Source: an uncultured Candidatus Binatia bacterium
Lineage (GTDB): Bacteria; Desulfobacterota; Binatia; UBA9968; JAJDTQ01
Assembly: GCA_965213675.1 (NCBI GenBank)
Contig: OZ243916.1
Span: 3,907,525-3,971,524 of the forward strand
Direction: 5' to 3'
DNA length: 64,000 bases
Of the stretch, positions 10,541-22,269 are shown piece by piece; position 1 is the stretch's first letter, and each line of letters begins with the position of its first letter. Both the position numbers and the translations under genes were made by a program. The notes beneath the pieces were generated by a model. It did not search any database. It was not told where the DNA came from and saw nothing but the letters and a program-made list of their open reading frames with translations.

Positions 10541-10796
10541 TATATCCTGCAACTTTGCCGTTTGGGTGTACCTACCGCATGTGGTGGTGCCCGTTGTCCT
10601 TTTTCTTCATTTTTTCAATATGTTACATTGCACATCCCGATGTGCGCGGGTTTGCATGTCCAACGACATGCGCTGACTCCCACTACCTCTGAATTGATTA
10701 CTGTCGATTGCGTGGCCATGACGGATCGGCTGTGCTCCTCTCCGGTTGCCCGAATGAAATCATGGGCCGGGACCCGAGACCGGTGAAGCGCCGCCC

Positions 10797-11982
10797 ATGC
10801 CCCGACAAGCTTACCAAACGCGCCGTTGATGCACTGTCGGTCGAATCCGGCGATCCCGTGGTGTGGGACCGCGACCTGCCTGGCTTCGGCATAGCATCTA
10901 CGCCTCCGGACGCAAGGTCTAGTGCGTCCAGACACGCGGTCCTGCGGGCGGGCCGAAGCGCTTCGCCCTCGGCCGCTACGGAGAAATGGCGCCGGACGAG
11001 GCTCGGCGCAAGGCGGCGACCGTGATTGACTGCATCAAGCGCGGCCTCGATCCGGAACCGGCACAGACCGCTCCCGAGCCCACCGTTGCCGAACTCGCCG
11101 AGCGCTCCGTGGAGGCCCATGTCCGGGTGAACTGCCGCCCGGGGACGGTGGAAGCCTTTGAGCGGTTGTTGCGGCTGTATGTCGTGCCGGAGTTGGGGAA
11201 CCTGCGGCTCTCGGTGGTGGACCGCCCGCAGGTCCTGGCTCTGTACCACAAGTTGCGCGACAAGCCCTATCAGGCGAACCAGGCGGTGACGGTGCTTGCC
11301 AGGATGTTCCGCCTTGCCGAGGCCTGGGGCATGACGCCGCCGCGGCGCAATCCGTGCCGGTCGGTGCGGCGCTACAGGGAGAACCGCTGCGAGCGGTTCC
11401 TCACGCCTGGGGAGTACCGCAAGCTCGGCGGCGTGCTCGCCGAGGCGGATGCCGACGGCTCGGTGTTTCCGTCCGCCATCGCGGCGATCCATTTGCTGCT
11501 ACTTACCGGCTGCCGAAGGAACGAAATCGTGACGCTCAGGTGGGATGACGTGGACCGGACCGCCGGAGATCTGCACATCCGCGACGGCAAGGCGGGGCAT
11601 CGCCGTGTGCCGCTGACTCCGGCGGTGGAAGTGGCGCTCCAACGCATCCCGCGCATCGAAGGCAACCCGTGGGTGATTACCGGGCAGAAGGCCGGGGACC
11701 CTCAAGAACCTCGACGCGGTCTGGCTGCGGCTGCGCGAGCGGGCGGGGCTGCATGGCGTACGGATTCATGACTGCCGGCATTCGTTCGCCTCCAGAGCGC
11801 TCGCTTTGGGCGAAGGATTGCCGATGATCCGGAGGCTGCTCGGTCACGCCCGGGTGGAAACCACCGCGCGGTATGCGCATCTGGCCCGGGACTCGGTGCG
11901 TGAGTCCGCCATCCGCATCTCCGACAGCATCGCGGCCGATCTCTGGAAGGGATACGTCCGGAAAGAAGACGCCCGCGCGTGA
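10797..11982 (+). pseudogene. tyrosine integrase with N-terminal arm-binding (DUF4102-like) domain; frameshifted
   Basis: KLTKRAVDAL..VVWDRDLPGFG, then a frameshift and TAG; LLLLTGCRRNE; second shift near 11700, then RIHDCRHSFAS..LLGHARVETTARYAH. Confidence 0.9.
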
Positions 11983-12019
11983 CGCGTCACGCGCGGGGAA
12001 CAATCGTTTCGGTCGTGCG

Positions 12020-12236
12020 AGGAACCCCGGTATCAGATCGATGCCGACGCTGGATGCCAGCAACAGCGACGGAGCCAGCAGAGCCGCGAGAAACGCCGCC
12101 GCAACCAGTCGATCGGCAAGCTCTCCCCCAGAACCCCTGGGTGATCGTGGGAAAGAAGCTGGACATGCATCCCGCGAACGACAGTGATCCGTGGCTTGCC
12201 CGGCATGAGTGACCGTGATGGTCGCCCTCACGATCC
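12020..12236 (+). pseudogene. second, heavily degraded integrase fragment
   Basis: ALPQNPWVIVGKK echoes RIEGNPWVITGQK of the upstream integrase. Confidence 0.4.
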
Positions 12237-12455
12237 TTACTCGAATTGCGAGCGAGGTACGCCCGACTGGCGGACGATCGACAGCAGTGTGCCGGCGCGC
12301 TATTCTCGGTGATCCGGTACCGGAACCGTGACCGTACCGTCGGCATCGGCCTTCTGCATCGCGATGTGACTGCCGCGTAGTCGGACTTCGACGAAGCCGT
12401 GCGCGGCGAGAATGCGGCAGACATCCCGTCCCGAAGGGACGCGCAGCCTAGCCAA
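12237..12455 (-). pseudogene. hicA: HicA toxin with internal TAG
   Basis: MARLRVPSGRDVCRILAAHGFVEVRLRGSHIAMQK..TVPVPDHRE*RAGTLLSIVRQSG; stop at 12300-12302. Confidence 0.85.
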
Positions 12456-12669
12456 CCGCAACCTCAATCTGCGTCACATATATCTCGTCGCGAACGCGTC
12501 GACCGACTTCCTCGGCGGTTGCAGCCTCGAAGAACAAAGCAAGCGCCTCGGCAAGATTGTCGCGTGCCTCTGCGACGGTTCCGCCCTGGCTTGCGACATC
12601 GACCTCCGGGCAGAGGGCCACATAGCCGTCATCCTCACGTTCCACAACTGCGGTTAAGCGTATGTTCAT
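12448..12669 (-). CDS. hicB: HicB family antitoxin
   Basis: VVEREDDGYVALCPEVDVASQGGTVAEARDNLAEALALF. Confidence 0.9.
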   Translation of the reverse strand: MNIRLTAVVEREDDGYVALCPEVDVASQGGTVAEARDNLAEALALFFEAATAEEVGRRVRDEIYVTQIEVAVG

Positions 12670-12753
12670 TCCATGCCTCCCGTCGTCAAAGGACCGTTTG
12701 GCTTCTGCATCGGTCCGCACGAAGCCGGACAATGATCTCTCGCGCCGGAAGCC

Positions 12754-13134
12754 TCATCGTGATGCTCCCCTGCGTCCAAGTATACGCTGAATCACCGTTG
12801 GGTGTATTTCGGCCTGCCCGTCGTGGTTCGTCAACGCGGACCGGACGTTGACCACAAGGGATCTATGAGCTGGTCCCACTTCGTTGGACAGGTAGGCGGT
12901 AGAGATAGGGTGTATTCCGGTGTAATGGATCATGCCGCCCGGGTCCTGCGAGGGGGTCCATTGGACTCCCTGCCGCGTCGCCGTGGCGCTGTATTCGGCC
13001 AAATCGATGACCTTGGCGATTTCTCCGACCACCTCCGTATGACGAAGGACTTCCAACGCCGTTTTCTTGTCGCTCCCCGAACAGGCAGTCAACAAGAACA
13101 GGAGCATAACGGCAACGCGCCACATGGAGGACAT
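12754..13134 (-). CDS. hypothetical lipoprotein (possibly truncated)
   Basis: Lipobox LLTAC after a hydrophobic stretch. Confidence 0.5.
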   Translation of the reverse strand: MSSMWRVAVMLLFLLTACSGSDKKTALEVLRHTEVVGEIAKVIDLAEYSATATRQGVQWTPSQDPGGMIHYTGIHPISTAYLSNEVGPAHRSLVVNVRSALTNHDGQAEIHPTVIQRILGRRGASR

Positions 13135-13436
13135 CCCCCTTTCTCCAGCCGGGAATGTCGAGTTTCTCCGGTGACCTCGGTGAATCGGCCAGCATTGGCA
13201 TAGTGACGATCACGGTGCAAGACTGCCCGTCGTAGCGGACGCACGGCGCCGCAGTCATCCGCGACCCCGGCGGCACAAGCATGGAGGATGGGAGGACCTC
13301 CGTTGGGGAAGAACGAAGTTTGGGTACCTGCGGCCGTGGCCATGCGCCCGGTGGCATGAGTCCCGGGGTGGAGAACACGCGTCCTTCGGGGGCTGGCTCC
13401 CGTCAGGACGTCGGCGCACGGAACAGGGGAAACGGG

Positions 13437-14684
13437 ATGAAGTCTTTTGGTCTATTGTTCGTTCTGCTTATCCTGCTTGTGCAAGGCGGGGCCTTCGCCC
13501 GGACGAGCGTCGTCCTCGAAAGCTGGAGAGAGGACGACCGCGCCATCTGGGAGGAGAAGTTGATACCGGCCTTCGAGGCAGGCCACCCGGATATAGAGGT
13601 GCGGTTCAGGCCGACGGCGCCCGCCGGCTATGATGCGGCCTTGAGCGCCCGGCTTGATGCGGGCGCCGCGGGGGACCTGATCACGTGTCGTCCATTCGAC
13701 GCGTCCCTGGCTCTGTACGAAGCCGGGCGCCTCGCCGAACTCGACGACCTGCCTGGTTTGGCGAGTTTCTCGAGTACGGCAAAATCAGCTTGGCAGACGG
13801 ATGACGGTTCGGCGACCTTCTGCGTGCCGGTGGCATCCGTGATCCACGGGTTTCTCTACAACCGGGACGCGTTCGGTAAACTCGGTCTCGATCCACCCGA
13901 AACGGAAGCCGCGTTTTTCGCGGTCCTTGAAAGAATCCGGGAAGACGGCTCCTGGGTCCCGATGGCGATGGGCCTCCACGACCGCTGGGAAGCCGCGACC
14001 ATGGGTTACAACAACATCGGGCCGACCTATTGGAAGGGGGAGGAAGGCCGTCGCGCCCTGGTCGCCGGCCGGCAGAAGCTGACCGACGAGCCTTGGGTTG
14101 CCCCCTACCGGACACTGGCCCGGTGGCGCCGTTATCTGGGAGACGGGTATGAGACGCGCCGCTACCGGGACAGCCAGGACCTCTTCGCCCGAGGCCGCGC
14201 GGCTGTCTATCCCGCCGGGAGTTGGGAGATCGCCGGCTTCCACTCCCGCGCCGGGTTCAGCATTGGCGCTTTCAGGCCGCCCGTGCGGGAGGCGGGCGAC
14301 GACTGTCATATTTCCGACCACATCGACATCGCCATTGGTCTGAACACTGCCAGTCCCAATGCGCATGCGGCGCGGGCCTTCCTGAACTGGGTCAGCTCGG
14401 CCGAGTTCGCTTCGCTCTACGCCAATGCGTTGCCTGGATTCTACCCGCTGTCGGATCATCCCGTGAAGATAGACGACCCGCTGGCTCGCACGTTTCTGTT
14501 CTGGCGTAGCGACTGCCGTTCGACCATCCGTTCCACGTCCCGGATCCTGTCGCGGGGTACGCCGAATCTGGAACAGGAGACCTGGGATGCGTCGGTGGAA
14601 GCGATCATCGGGACGGCGACCGCCGAAGAGCTCGGCGCCCGGTTGCAAAAAGGCCTGGCAGGCTGGTACGCGCCGCAGCGATGA
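13437..14684 (+). CDS. carbohydrate ABC transporter substrate-binding protein (no adjacent permease)
   Basis: Signal peptide; FEAGHPDIEV, GDLITCRPF, YNRDAFGKLGL, GSWEI. Confidence 0.88.
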   Translation: MKSFGLLFVLLILLVQGGAFARTSVVLESWREDDRAIWEEKLIPAFEAGHPDIEVRFRPTAPAGYDAALSARLDAGAAGDLITCRPFDASLALYEAGRLAELDDLPGLASFSSTAKSAWQTDDGSATFCVPVASVIHGFLYNRDAFGKLGLDPPETEAAFFAVLERIREDGSWVPMAMGLHDRWEAATMGYNNIGPTYWKGEEGRRALVAGRQKLTDEPWVAPYRTLARWRRYLGDGYETRRYRDSQDLFARGRAAVYPAGSWEIAGFHSRAGFSIGAFRPPVREAGDDCHISDHIDIAIGLNTASPNAHAARAFLNWVSSAEFASLYANALPGFYPLSDHPVKIDDPLARTFLFWRSDCRSTIRSTSRILSRGTPNLEQETWDASVEAIIGTATAEELGARLQKGLAGWYAPQR

Positions 14685-14829
14685 ACGAGAGACGAGGGAA
14701 AAACGCGGTGACACGCGCCCGCGGCCACGCGCATCCCCTCGCCGTGCCTCTGATGATACCGCCCGCTATTCTGGGGTTCTGCGCGGTCGGTGGCAAGGTT
14801 CCGCGCCGCTTGCGTTGGTCGAACCATGA

Positions 14830-15255
14830 TTGTGCGCACCGGCATCGCCATGATCCTCGCTGACGAACTCGAAGCCGATTGGCAACGGGTCAAGAACCGG
14901 CAGGCGCCGGGCGACGAGACCAGGTTCGACCCCGCCGGCAAGGACCAGCAGAACACCGAGGGTTCGCGCAGCATCCGCCGCCACTTCGAGGTTATGCGCG
15001 AACTGGGCGCAGCCGGCCGCCACGTAATCCGCGACCGGGGCACGTTGACGAGGCGCTGGGCTCGGCCGTCCGGGTGGTTGAGGCAGAGTATTTCATGCCC
15101 TACCTTGTCCACACGCCGATGGAGCCGCCGGTCGCCTTGGCCGACGCTACCCGTATGCCTGTCAGGGTCGTGACCTCCACCCAGGCACCCAACGAGACCC
15201 GGCAGTATGTTGCGGAGGCGCTCGGCATCGAGAAGACCGAGGTCGAATGCGTATC
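14830..15255 (+). pseudogene. internally deleted isoquinoline 1-oxidoreductase beta/XDH-family molybdoprotein remnant
   Basis: VRTGIAMILADELEADW..QNTEGSRSIR in one frame; EAEYFMPYLVHTPMEPP..TSTQAP in another. Confidence 0.75.
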
Positions 15256-15330
15256 CTTACCCTCCCCATCGGCGATCAGCTGGAGTCCGCTTAGCACGGC
15301 TGACGACGGGGCAGGGGGCGAACGGTCCCT

Positions 15331-15447
15331 GGGAGCCTGCGCCGCAGGAATTCACGGCTGCAAATCCGCTCTCATCCGTTCCTTCGGCCGCTCGATTTCG
15401 TCAAATTTGACTTGATATTCTCCTCAATCGACCGACCGAAGGGATGG
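15331..15447. repeat. structured intergenic repeat, family B copy 1
   Basis: Near-colinear match to 62335-62460; imperfect hairpin ccttcggccgctcgatt...aatcgaccgaccgaagg. Confidence 0.8.
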
Positions 15448-15577
15448 CGTTGCGGAAGCGCTGCCGGTTGCGGAAGCCACGTGAGCCGGGCAGGGAGCGT
15501 TGTGTTCGGCCCTCGTCCTCTGGCACACTGGACCCTGGCCCGAACAGGAGTCAGTGACGACACGCGGGGTTTCATCC

Positions 15578-17644
15578 ATGAATGACGCGACGCTGGACGA
15601 ATTGTGCATCAACACCATCCGGACCTTGTCCATCGACGGGGTTCAGCAGGCCAACTCCGGCCATCCGGGCACACCCATGGCGATGGCGCCGGTGGCCTAC
15701 TGCCTGTGGCAGCGCTTTCTGCGCTTCGATCCCGACGATCCCATCTGGCCCAACCGGGACCGCTTTGTGCTGTCGGCCGGGCACGCTTCCATGCTGCTCT
15801 ATTCGCTGCTGCATCTCACCGGTGTCAAGGCGGTGGGCAAGGACTACGAGACCGACAGCCAACTATCGGTGCCGCTGGAGGCGCTGAAGCAGTTCCGGCA
15901 ACTGGACAGCCGCTGCCCGGGCCACCCGGAATACCGCTGGACCTCGGGAGTGGAGACCACCACCGGCCCCTTGGGACAGGGGGTGGCGACGAGCGTGGGC
16001 ATGGCCATCGCCGGGCGCTGGATGGCCGCCCGCTACAATCAGCGCGGCTTCGAGGACCTCATCGACTTCGACGTGTATGCCCTGTGCGGCGACGGCTGCA
16101 TGATGGAGGGCGTCAGCGGCGAGGCAGCGTCCCTGGCCGCGCACCTGAAGCTCTCCAAGCTGTGCTGGATCTACGACAACAACCGCATCACCATCGAGGG
16201 CCACACCGCCCTGGCCTTCTCCGATGACGTGGCCACGCGCTTTCTGGGCTTGGGCTGGAACGTGGTCCGGGTGGGTGACGCCAACGACCTGGAGATGCTG
16301 GAGCGTGCGTTCCGCGCGTTTCACCACACCACGGACCGGCCCACCCTGATGATCGTGGACAGCCACATCGGCTACGGCTCGCCCAACAAACAGGACACCA
16401 GCGGCGCCCACGGCGAGCCCCTGGGGGCGGACGAGGTGAAGCTCACCAAGAGGCGCTACGGTTGGCCCGAGGATGCGCTGTTTCATGTTCCCGAGGGAGT
16501 CCGCGAGCACTTTCAGGCGGGTATGGGAGAGCGCGGCAAGACCCTGCGGGACGCATGGTTCGCGCGCATCGAATCCTACCGGACGCGGTATCCCGAGCAT
16601 GCCCGCGAACTCTACCGGATGCAGCACCGCCAGCTTCCCAACGGCTGGGACCGGGACCTGCCGGAGTTCCCCGCGGACCCCAAGGGCCTGGCGGGCCGCG
16701 ACGCCTCCGGCCAGGTGCTGAACGCGCTGGCGCGGAACGTGCCGTGGCTCCTGGGCGGCGCCGCGGACCTGGCGCCGTCCACCAAGACGCGCCTCACTTT
16801 CGACGAAGCCGGCGACTTTTCGGCCGAAAACCCCGCCGGGCGCAACCTCCATTTCGGCGTCCGGGAGCACGCCATGGCTTCGGTCATGAACGGCATGGCG
16901 CTGGTCAAGGTGCGCGCCTTCGGCGCGGGCTTCCTCATCTTCAGCGACTACGCCCGCGGCGCCATGCGGCTGAGCGCGCTCATGGAACTGCCGGTGGTCC
17001 ACGTCTTCACCCACGATTCCATCGGAGTGGGGGAGGACGGACCCACGCACCAGCCGGTGGAGCATCTGGCCTCGCTGCGGGCCGTTCCGGGCCTGATGGT
17101 GCTGCGCCCGGCCGACGCCAACGAGGTCACCGAGGCGTGGAAGGTCATCATGAAGCTGCACCACGAGCCCGCGGTGCTGGTCCTCACGCGGCAGGCGCTG
17201 CCGACCCTGAACCGCACCCGCTACGGCTCGGCCGACGGCGTGGCCCGGGGCGCCTACGTGCTTGCGGACGCCCCCGGCGGGAAGCCCGAGGTGCTCCTGC
17301 TGGCCACCGGCAGCGAGGTATCCCTGTGCGTGGATGCCTACGAGACCTTGACGGCGGAAGGCGTCAAGGCGCGGGTGGTGAGCATGCCGTGTTGGGAGTT
17401 GTTCGACGACCAGGACGCGGACTACCGCGACAGCGTGATCCCGCCGGAGGTCACGGCGCGGGTGTCGGTGGAGCAGGCGTCGGTGTTCGGCTGGAGCAAG
17501 TACACCGGCCTCACCGGCCACCAGATCGGCATGCGCTCCTTTGGCGCGTCAGCGCCCCTCAAGGACCTGCAGGAAAAGTTCGGCTTCACCGCGGCCGACA
17601 TCGTCGCAGCGGCCAGGGAGCAGCTCGCACGGAGGAGAACATGA
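15578..17644 (+). CDS. tkt: transketolase
   Basis: [43 protein letters not shown]. Confidence 0.97.
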   Translation: MNDATLDELCINTIRTLSIDGVQQANSGHPGTPMAMAPVAYCLWQRFLRFDPDDPIWPNRDRFVLSAGHASMLLYSLLHLTGVKAVGKDYETDSQLSVPLEALKQFRQLDSRCPGHPEYRWTSGVETTTGPLGQGVATSVGMAIAGRWMAARYNQRGFEDLIDFDVYALCGDGCMMEGVSGEAASLAAHLKLSKLCWIYDNNRITIEGHTALAFSDDVATRFLGLGWNVVRVGDANDLEMLERAFRAFHHTTDRPTLMIVDSHIGYGSPNKQDTSGAHGEPLGADEVKLTKRRYGWPEDALFHVPEGVREHFQAGMGERGKTLRDAWFARIESYRTRYPEHARELYRMQHRQLPNGWDRDLPEFPADPKGLAGRDASGQVLNALARNVPWLLGGAADLAPSTKTRLTFDEAGDFSAENPAGRNLHFGVREHAMASVMNGMALVKVRAFGAGFLIFSDYARGAMRLSALMELPVVHVFTHDSIGVGEDGPTHQPVEHLASLRAVPGLMVLRPADANEVTEAWKVIMKLHHEPAVLVLTRQALPTLNRTRYGSADGVARGAYVLADAPGGKPEVLLLATGSEVSLCVDAYETLTAEGVKARVVSMPCWELFDDQDADYRDSVIPPEVTARVSVEQASVFGWSKYTGLTGHQIGMRSFGASAPLKDLQEKFGFTAADIVAAAREQLARRRT

Positions 17645-18783
17645 ACCCCTTGAAGACACTGAACGAACACGGCCAGTCCGTCTGGCTGGACTTCATCCAG
17701 CGGAAGCTGCTCACCGGCGGCGCGTTGCGGCGTCTGGTGGACGAGGACGGCCTCACGGGGGTGACGTCCAATCCGGCCATCTTCGAGAAAGCGGTGGCGG
17801 ACAGCGACGACTACGACGATCTCCTCGCGCGCAGCGTAGACGGGCCGGCGGACCCCAAGGCGGTCTACGAGGCCATCGCCACCCGCGACATCCAGGAAGC
17901 GGCGGACGTCCTGCGGACCGTGTACGACGAGACCGACGGCCGCGACGGCTACGTCAGCCTGGAGGTGTCGCCCTACCTCGCCCACGACACCGAGGGAACC
18001 GTGGCCGAGGCCCGGTGGCTGTGGAACACGGTGGCGCGGGACAACCTGATGATCAAGGTGCCGGGCACGCCCGCGGGAGTGCCGGCCATCGAGCGCCTGA
18101 TCGGCGAAGGCATCAGCGTCAACGTGACCCTGCTGTTCGCCCGGGAGGCCTACGAGCAGGTGGCGCAGGCCTACATCCGCGGGCTGGCCCAGGCCGCCGC
18201 CGGCGGGCGCGACGTGGCGCGCATCGCCAGCGTCGCGAGTTTCTTCATCTCGCGCATCGACACTTTGGTGGACGACACCCTCGCGAAGCGCATGGAGACC
18301 GCCGCCGAAGGGGAGAAGGAACGTTTGCGCGCCCTCATGGGCCAGGTCGCCATCGCCAACGCCAAGGTGACGTACAAGCGCTACAAGGAGATCCTCCAGG
18401 GCGAGGGCTGGCAGGCGCTGGCGGGCAGGGGCGCGCGGCCCCAACGGCTCCTGTGGGCCAGCACCAGCACCAAGAACCCGGACTATCCCGACGTGCGGTA
18501 CGTCGAGGAGCTCATCGGCGCGGACACGGTCAACACCATTCCGCCCGCCACGCTGGACGCGTTCCGGGATCACGGCAAGGCGCGGAACAGCCTGGAGGAG
18601 GATGTCGAGGCCGCGGCAGGGACGATGGCGGCCCTCGAGGCCGCGGGTGTGTCCATGAAGGAGGTGACGGACAAGCTCCTGGAAGACGGCGTGCGACTAT
18701 TCTCCGACGCCTTCGACAAACTGCTCGCGGCGGTGGAGGCGGAATGCCGCAAGGCGGCGGACCGCGGCGGCGCGTCGTCCTGA
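17641..18783 (+). CDS. tal: transaldolase
   Basis: [40 protein letters not shown]; ATGA overlap with tkt. Confidence 0.96.
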   Translation: MNPLKTLNEHGQSVWLDFIQRKLLTGGALRRLVDEDGLTGVTSNPAIFEKAVADSDDYDDLLARSVDGPADPKAVYEAIATRDIQEAADVLRTVYDETDGRDGYVSLEVSPYLAHDTEGTVAEARWLWNTVARDNLMIKVPGTPAGVPAIERLIGEGISVNVTLLFAREAYEQVAQAYIRGLAQAAAGGRDVARIASVASFFISRIDTLVDDTLAKRMETAAEGEKERLRALMGQVAIANAKVTYKRYKEILQGEGWQALAGRGARPQRLLWASTSTKNPDYPDVRYVEELIGADTVNTIPPATLDAFRDHGKARNSLEEDVEAAAGTMAALEAAGVSMKEVTDKLLEDGVRLFSDAFDKLLAAVEAECRKAADRGGASS

Positions 18784-18815
18784 ATGATCGGGGAGAGAAC
18801 ACGACCGGACCCCGC

Positions 18816-19487
18816 ATGAGCGCAATCGAGATACTCCCATCCATCCTCTCCGCGGACTTCCGAATCCTCGGACAACAGATCGCCGACGTGGAGGAGGCCG
18901 GCGCCGACGGCATTCACGTGGACGTGATGGACGGCCGCTTCGTGCCCAATATCACCATCGGCCCGCTCATCGTCGAGGCGGCGCGGCGCAGCACCGGGTT
19001 GCCCCTGGACGTGCACTTGATGATCGTCGAGCCGGAACGCTACCTGGAAGACTTTGCCAAGGCCGGCGCCGACACCCTGTTGGTGCATCAGGAGGCCTGC
19101 GCGCATCTGCACCGCACCGTGCAGCAGATCAAGTCCCTGGGCAAGAAGGCCGGCGTGGTGCTCAACCCGGCCACGCCGCTGGCCACCCTGGACGAGATCC
19201 TGCCGGAACTGGATCAGATCCTCCTCATGAGCGTGAACCCGGGTTTTGGCGGCCAAAGCTTCATCGAGAGCAGCGTGGACAAGCTGCACCGCCTCCGGCG
19301 CATGCTCGACGAGCGCGGCCTGGATCCCGCGGTGGAGATCGACGGCGGCATCGGCCCGGACAACGCCGCGCGGGTCGTGGCCGGGGGCGCGCGGCTGCTG
19401 GTGGCGGGCTCCTCCGTCTACAAGGCGCCGGGGGGCGCCGCCCAAGGGGTCAGGCGCCTTCGGGCCAGCGTGCCTGCGGGGCGGTAG
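18816..19487 (+). CDS. rpe: ribulose-phosphate 3-epimerase
   Basis: [40 protein letters not shown]. Confidence 0.97.
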   Translation: MSAIEILPSILSADFRILGQQIADVEEAGADGIHVDVMDGRFVPNITIGPLIVEAARRSTGLPLDVHLMIVEPERYLEDFAKAGADTLLVHQEACAHLHRTVQQIKSLGKKAGVVLNPATPLATLDEILPELDQILLMSVNPGFGGQSFIESSVDKLHRLRRMLDERGLDPAVEIDGGIGPDNAARVVAGGARLLVAGSSVYKAPGGAAQGVRRLRASVPAGR

Positions 19488-19557
19488 CCGCGTCCGGTGA
19501 GAGGCCGCCGGGGGTGCGCGCCGCCGCGGGCTCGCCGGCATGGCGGTGCGGAAAGAA

Positions 19558-19592
19558 AAAACGGGAAAGCCCCATGGGGGCCTTCCCGTTTT
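19558..19592. terminator. bidirectional intrinsic terminator
   Basis: aaaacgggaaagcccc-at-gggggccttcccgtttt between convergent genes. Confidence 0.7.
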
Positions 19593-19663
19593 CTGAACCG
19601 TTTGCCGCGATGTGCCTGCCTGCGGCGGCGCTCTGCGGCTCGCTGAAGCTCCCAGGATGCCGC

Positions 19664-20587
19664 CTACAGAGCGTGGCCGCTTTCCTGGACCTCCGGATTC
19701 ACCAACTCCACGGCCGGCTTGTCCTCGTCGAGCAAACCCCAGCTCTTGATCCAGGCCGCCGTCCGCTCCAGTTCGTCGGCGGGAATCGGCGCCGGATCCA
19801 CCACCACGAGGCGGCTCTCGCGCAGGTCGTCGACGGTCAGGGCGGCGATCTCGGGATCGTCCTTGTGGTAGTCGATGAAGTACTGCAGGTACTTTCTCTT
19901 GTCGGCGTTGACCCGGCGCACGGCCTCGCACACGGCGCGGTTGAACATTGCGTAGGTCTCGGCGTCCACGGTGTCCGCCGCGACCTCGGTGCCGTGGAGC
20001 GAAGCGGCCGCCACGATGCGGCAACCCTTCTTCTCCGCCAGCGTCAGGTACGGCTCGGTGAGCGTCGTGGCCTCGATCTCGCCCTTCATCACCGACTCCA
20101 GACGGAAGCGCGAGCCGCGCGGCGCCTGACAGAGCTTGATCTCGTCGCGGGTGAGGAAGCCCTCGAGCATGTGCAGGGCCAGATAGTGGGTGCCGAAATA
20201 GAACGGCACGCCCACCAGCCGGTTGGCGAGCTGCTGGGCGGTCTGCACCGGCGAGTCGGGCCGGACCACGAGCCCTGAGTACGCGATGATGGAGCGGCGG
20301 CCGATCTGCCGGCCACTGTCGACGGCCGAATCCTGCACCCGGCAGTAGTTGCCCCATTCACACGCATTGTACATGTCGGCCTTGCCCTCTTCGAAGAGCA
20401 TGCCGTGGCTCGCGTGGGGGTTGGCGTCCTTGGGATTGGTGAGGTCGGTGTGGGTCTGAATGTCGCCGGTGCCTCTGTCGGCGAACTCGACCTGAATGCC
20501 TTCCTTCTCGAACAGCCCTTCGTTGTAGGCCACCAGCTCACACAGCCCTTGAAACGGCGCGGTGCTTTCCAGAACCAACTTCTTCAT
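19664..20587 (-). CDS. SsuA/NMT1-like type II binding-fold protein
   Basis: VAYNEGLFEKEGIQVEF, LVVRPDSPVQTAQQLANR, GEIEATTLTEP; no signal peptide visible. Confidence 0.75.
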   Translation of the reverse strand: MKKLVLESTAPFQGLCELVAYNEGLFEKEGIQVEFADRGTGDIQTHTDLTNPKDANPHASHGMLFEEGKADMYNACEWGNYCRVQDSAVDSGRQIGRRSIIAYSGLVVRPDSPVQTAQQLANRLVGVPFYFGTHYLALHMLEGFLTRDEIKLCQAPRGSRFRLESVMKGEIEATTLTEPYLTLAEKKGCRIVAAASLHGTEVAADTVDAETYAMFNRAVCEAVRRVNADKRKYLQYFIDYHKDDPEIAALTVDDLRESRLVVVDPAPIPADELERTAAWIKSWGLLDEDKPAVELVNPEVQESGHAL

Positions 20588-20832
20588 CGTGTGGTCTCCT
20601 TTAGACGTGGATTACTTGGGAAGTCTGCGAGAGTCTCCCCGGGTTGGTTTTCCCATGGGAGAATCTCCAAGGCTCACGCTAGCTCAAAGCAGGTTGAATG
20701 ACGCATTACCACATCCCCCGACCGGATCGCAACAAGGCGCGCCGACTCTCGAAGAGTCGCGCGGGAAGGGGAATGTCAAGAATATCACGAGTTGCCTCCC
20801 AACCTCCATCATGCCACATTCGCTGCTGCGCC

Positions 20833-22161
20833 ATGCCACAGTCTCCCTCACCACCGGTGGACCCGCGGTCCGGGACCGGGCCGCCGCCGTCCACCGCGGG
20901 TGCGGACGGATCGCACAAACACGTCGCCCAGTCCACCGTTTCCTTCGCGGCATTGCGCCACCGTCACTTCCGCGCCTACTTCTGCTTCACCATGTTGTCC
21001 ATGATGGCGGACAACATCGAGCACGTCATCAGTTACTGGGTCATATTCGAGTTGTTCCAGTGGCCGGAGCTGCAGGGGTTTGCCGTCATCAGCCACTGGT
21101 CGCCCTTCCTGCTGTTGTCTTGGTACGTGGGCCTTCTGTCGGACCGGTTCGATTGCCGGCGCGTGATTCAGTGGGCCATGGTGCTGTACTTCGTGCTGAC
21201 CATCGCCTGGGCGTGGTTCATCTTCACGGGTACGCTCACGGTCTGGCACGCATGCGCACTGCTGGTGGTGCACGGCGTTGCCGGCGTGTTGTGGAGCCCC
21301 GGAAGTCAGCTCATCCTGCACGACATGGTGGGGCCGGAGTACCTGCAGAGCGCGGTTCGCCTCAACGCCACCGGCCGGCAGTTGGGGATCCTCGCGGGTC
21401 CGGCCGTGGGCGGCTGGATGATGCGGACGCTGGGCTATTCGGCGGGTCTGGTGGTGAATGCGATGTTCTACATCCCCTTGACCCTGTGGCTCTTCACGGT
21501 GCCGTACACGGGTCACGGGCAGCACACGCGGGCGGTCCGGGCGCGGCGCGCCACCTGGGCGCGCTCCCTGGAGGCATTGAGAGAGGCGCGCACCAACCCG
21601 GTCATCGTGTCCATGGTGTGCCTCGTGGGGCTTTCCTCGCTGATCGTGGGCAACGCCTTCCAGGCGCAGATGCCCGGTTTCGCCGTCAGCCTGGGGCAGG
21701 GCGAGGCGGGCTACAGTGTGCTGCTGGCCGCCAACGGCGCCGGCGCCTTCGCGAGCGGCGTGCTGCTGGAGAGCGGCGGGTTCCTGAAGGCGCGGGCGCG
21801 CACGGCGGTGGTTCTGGCCATCCTGTGGTGCACGGCCCTGGGCATCTTCGCGTTCACGCCCTACTTCTACATGGCCGTGGCGCTGCTCTTCGCCGCCGGT
21901 TTCCTGAACCTCGCCTTCCTTACCATGTCGCAAACGCTCGTTCAGCTCATCTCGCCGGCGCACCTGCGCGGTCAGTTGATCGGCCTGTTCATCATGTCCG
22001 GCCTCGGGCTGCGCACCTTCAGCGGCATCACCGTGGGCATCATGGGCGGCGTTGTGGGGATTCAGTGGTCCCTGGGGCTGAGCTGCACCGTCCTGCTGGT
22101 GGTCATGCTCTTCCTGCTGGTGGTCACCGCTCGCGTCCGGGATGACAAAGCCATGGCCTGA
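20833..22161 (+). CDS. MFS transporter (MFS_3-like)
   Basis: FAALRHRHFR, GLLSDRFDCRR, LQSAVRLN; start uncertain. Confidence 0.88.
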   Translation: MPQSPSPPVDPRSGTGPPPSTAGADGSHKHVAQSTVSFAALRHRHFRAYFCFTMLSMMADNIEHVISYWVIFELFQWPELQGFAVISHWSPFLLLSWYVGLLSDRFDCRRVIQWAMVLYFVLTIAWAWFIFTGTLTVWHACALLVVHGVAGVLWSPGSQLILHDMVGPEYLQSAVRLNATGRQLGILAGPAVGGWMMRTLGYSAGLVVNAMFYIPLTLWLFTVPYTGHGQHTRAVRARRATWARSLEALREARTNPVIVSMVCLVGLSSLIVGNAFQAQMPGFAVSLGQGEAGYSVLLAANGAGAFASGVLLESGGFLKARARTAVVLAILWCTALGIFAFTPYFYMAVALLFAAGFLNLAFLTMSQTLVQLISPAHLRGQLIGLFIMSGLGLRTFSGITVGIMGGVVGIQWSLGLSCTVLLVVMLFLLVVTARVRDDKAMA

Positions 22162-22269
22162 ACCGCGCCGGCCCTCTCTTCGCCGACATGCATGATGCCC
22201 GGCGGCGGGGCTGCCCGGCCGCGTCACGGCACGCTTGCGCTCGTGCCGCCGGCATGTCACACGAAACCC

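Noticed and set aside
1900-12302. TAG recoding suggested by in-frame TAGs in the peptide, integrase and hicA
   Set aside because: Core genes (nadK, rnj, proC, hemH, rpe) end at TAG, and the integrase also has frameshifts; ordinary decay explains it.
16462-19487. Apparent tkt-tal-rpe fusions (773-aa and 648-aa ORFs), likewise 55551-58646 and 28536-30341
   Set aside because: Upstream parts are off-frame overlaps with the preceding gene; true starts lie downstream.
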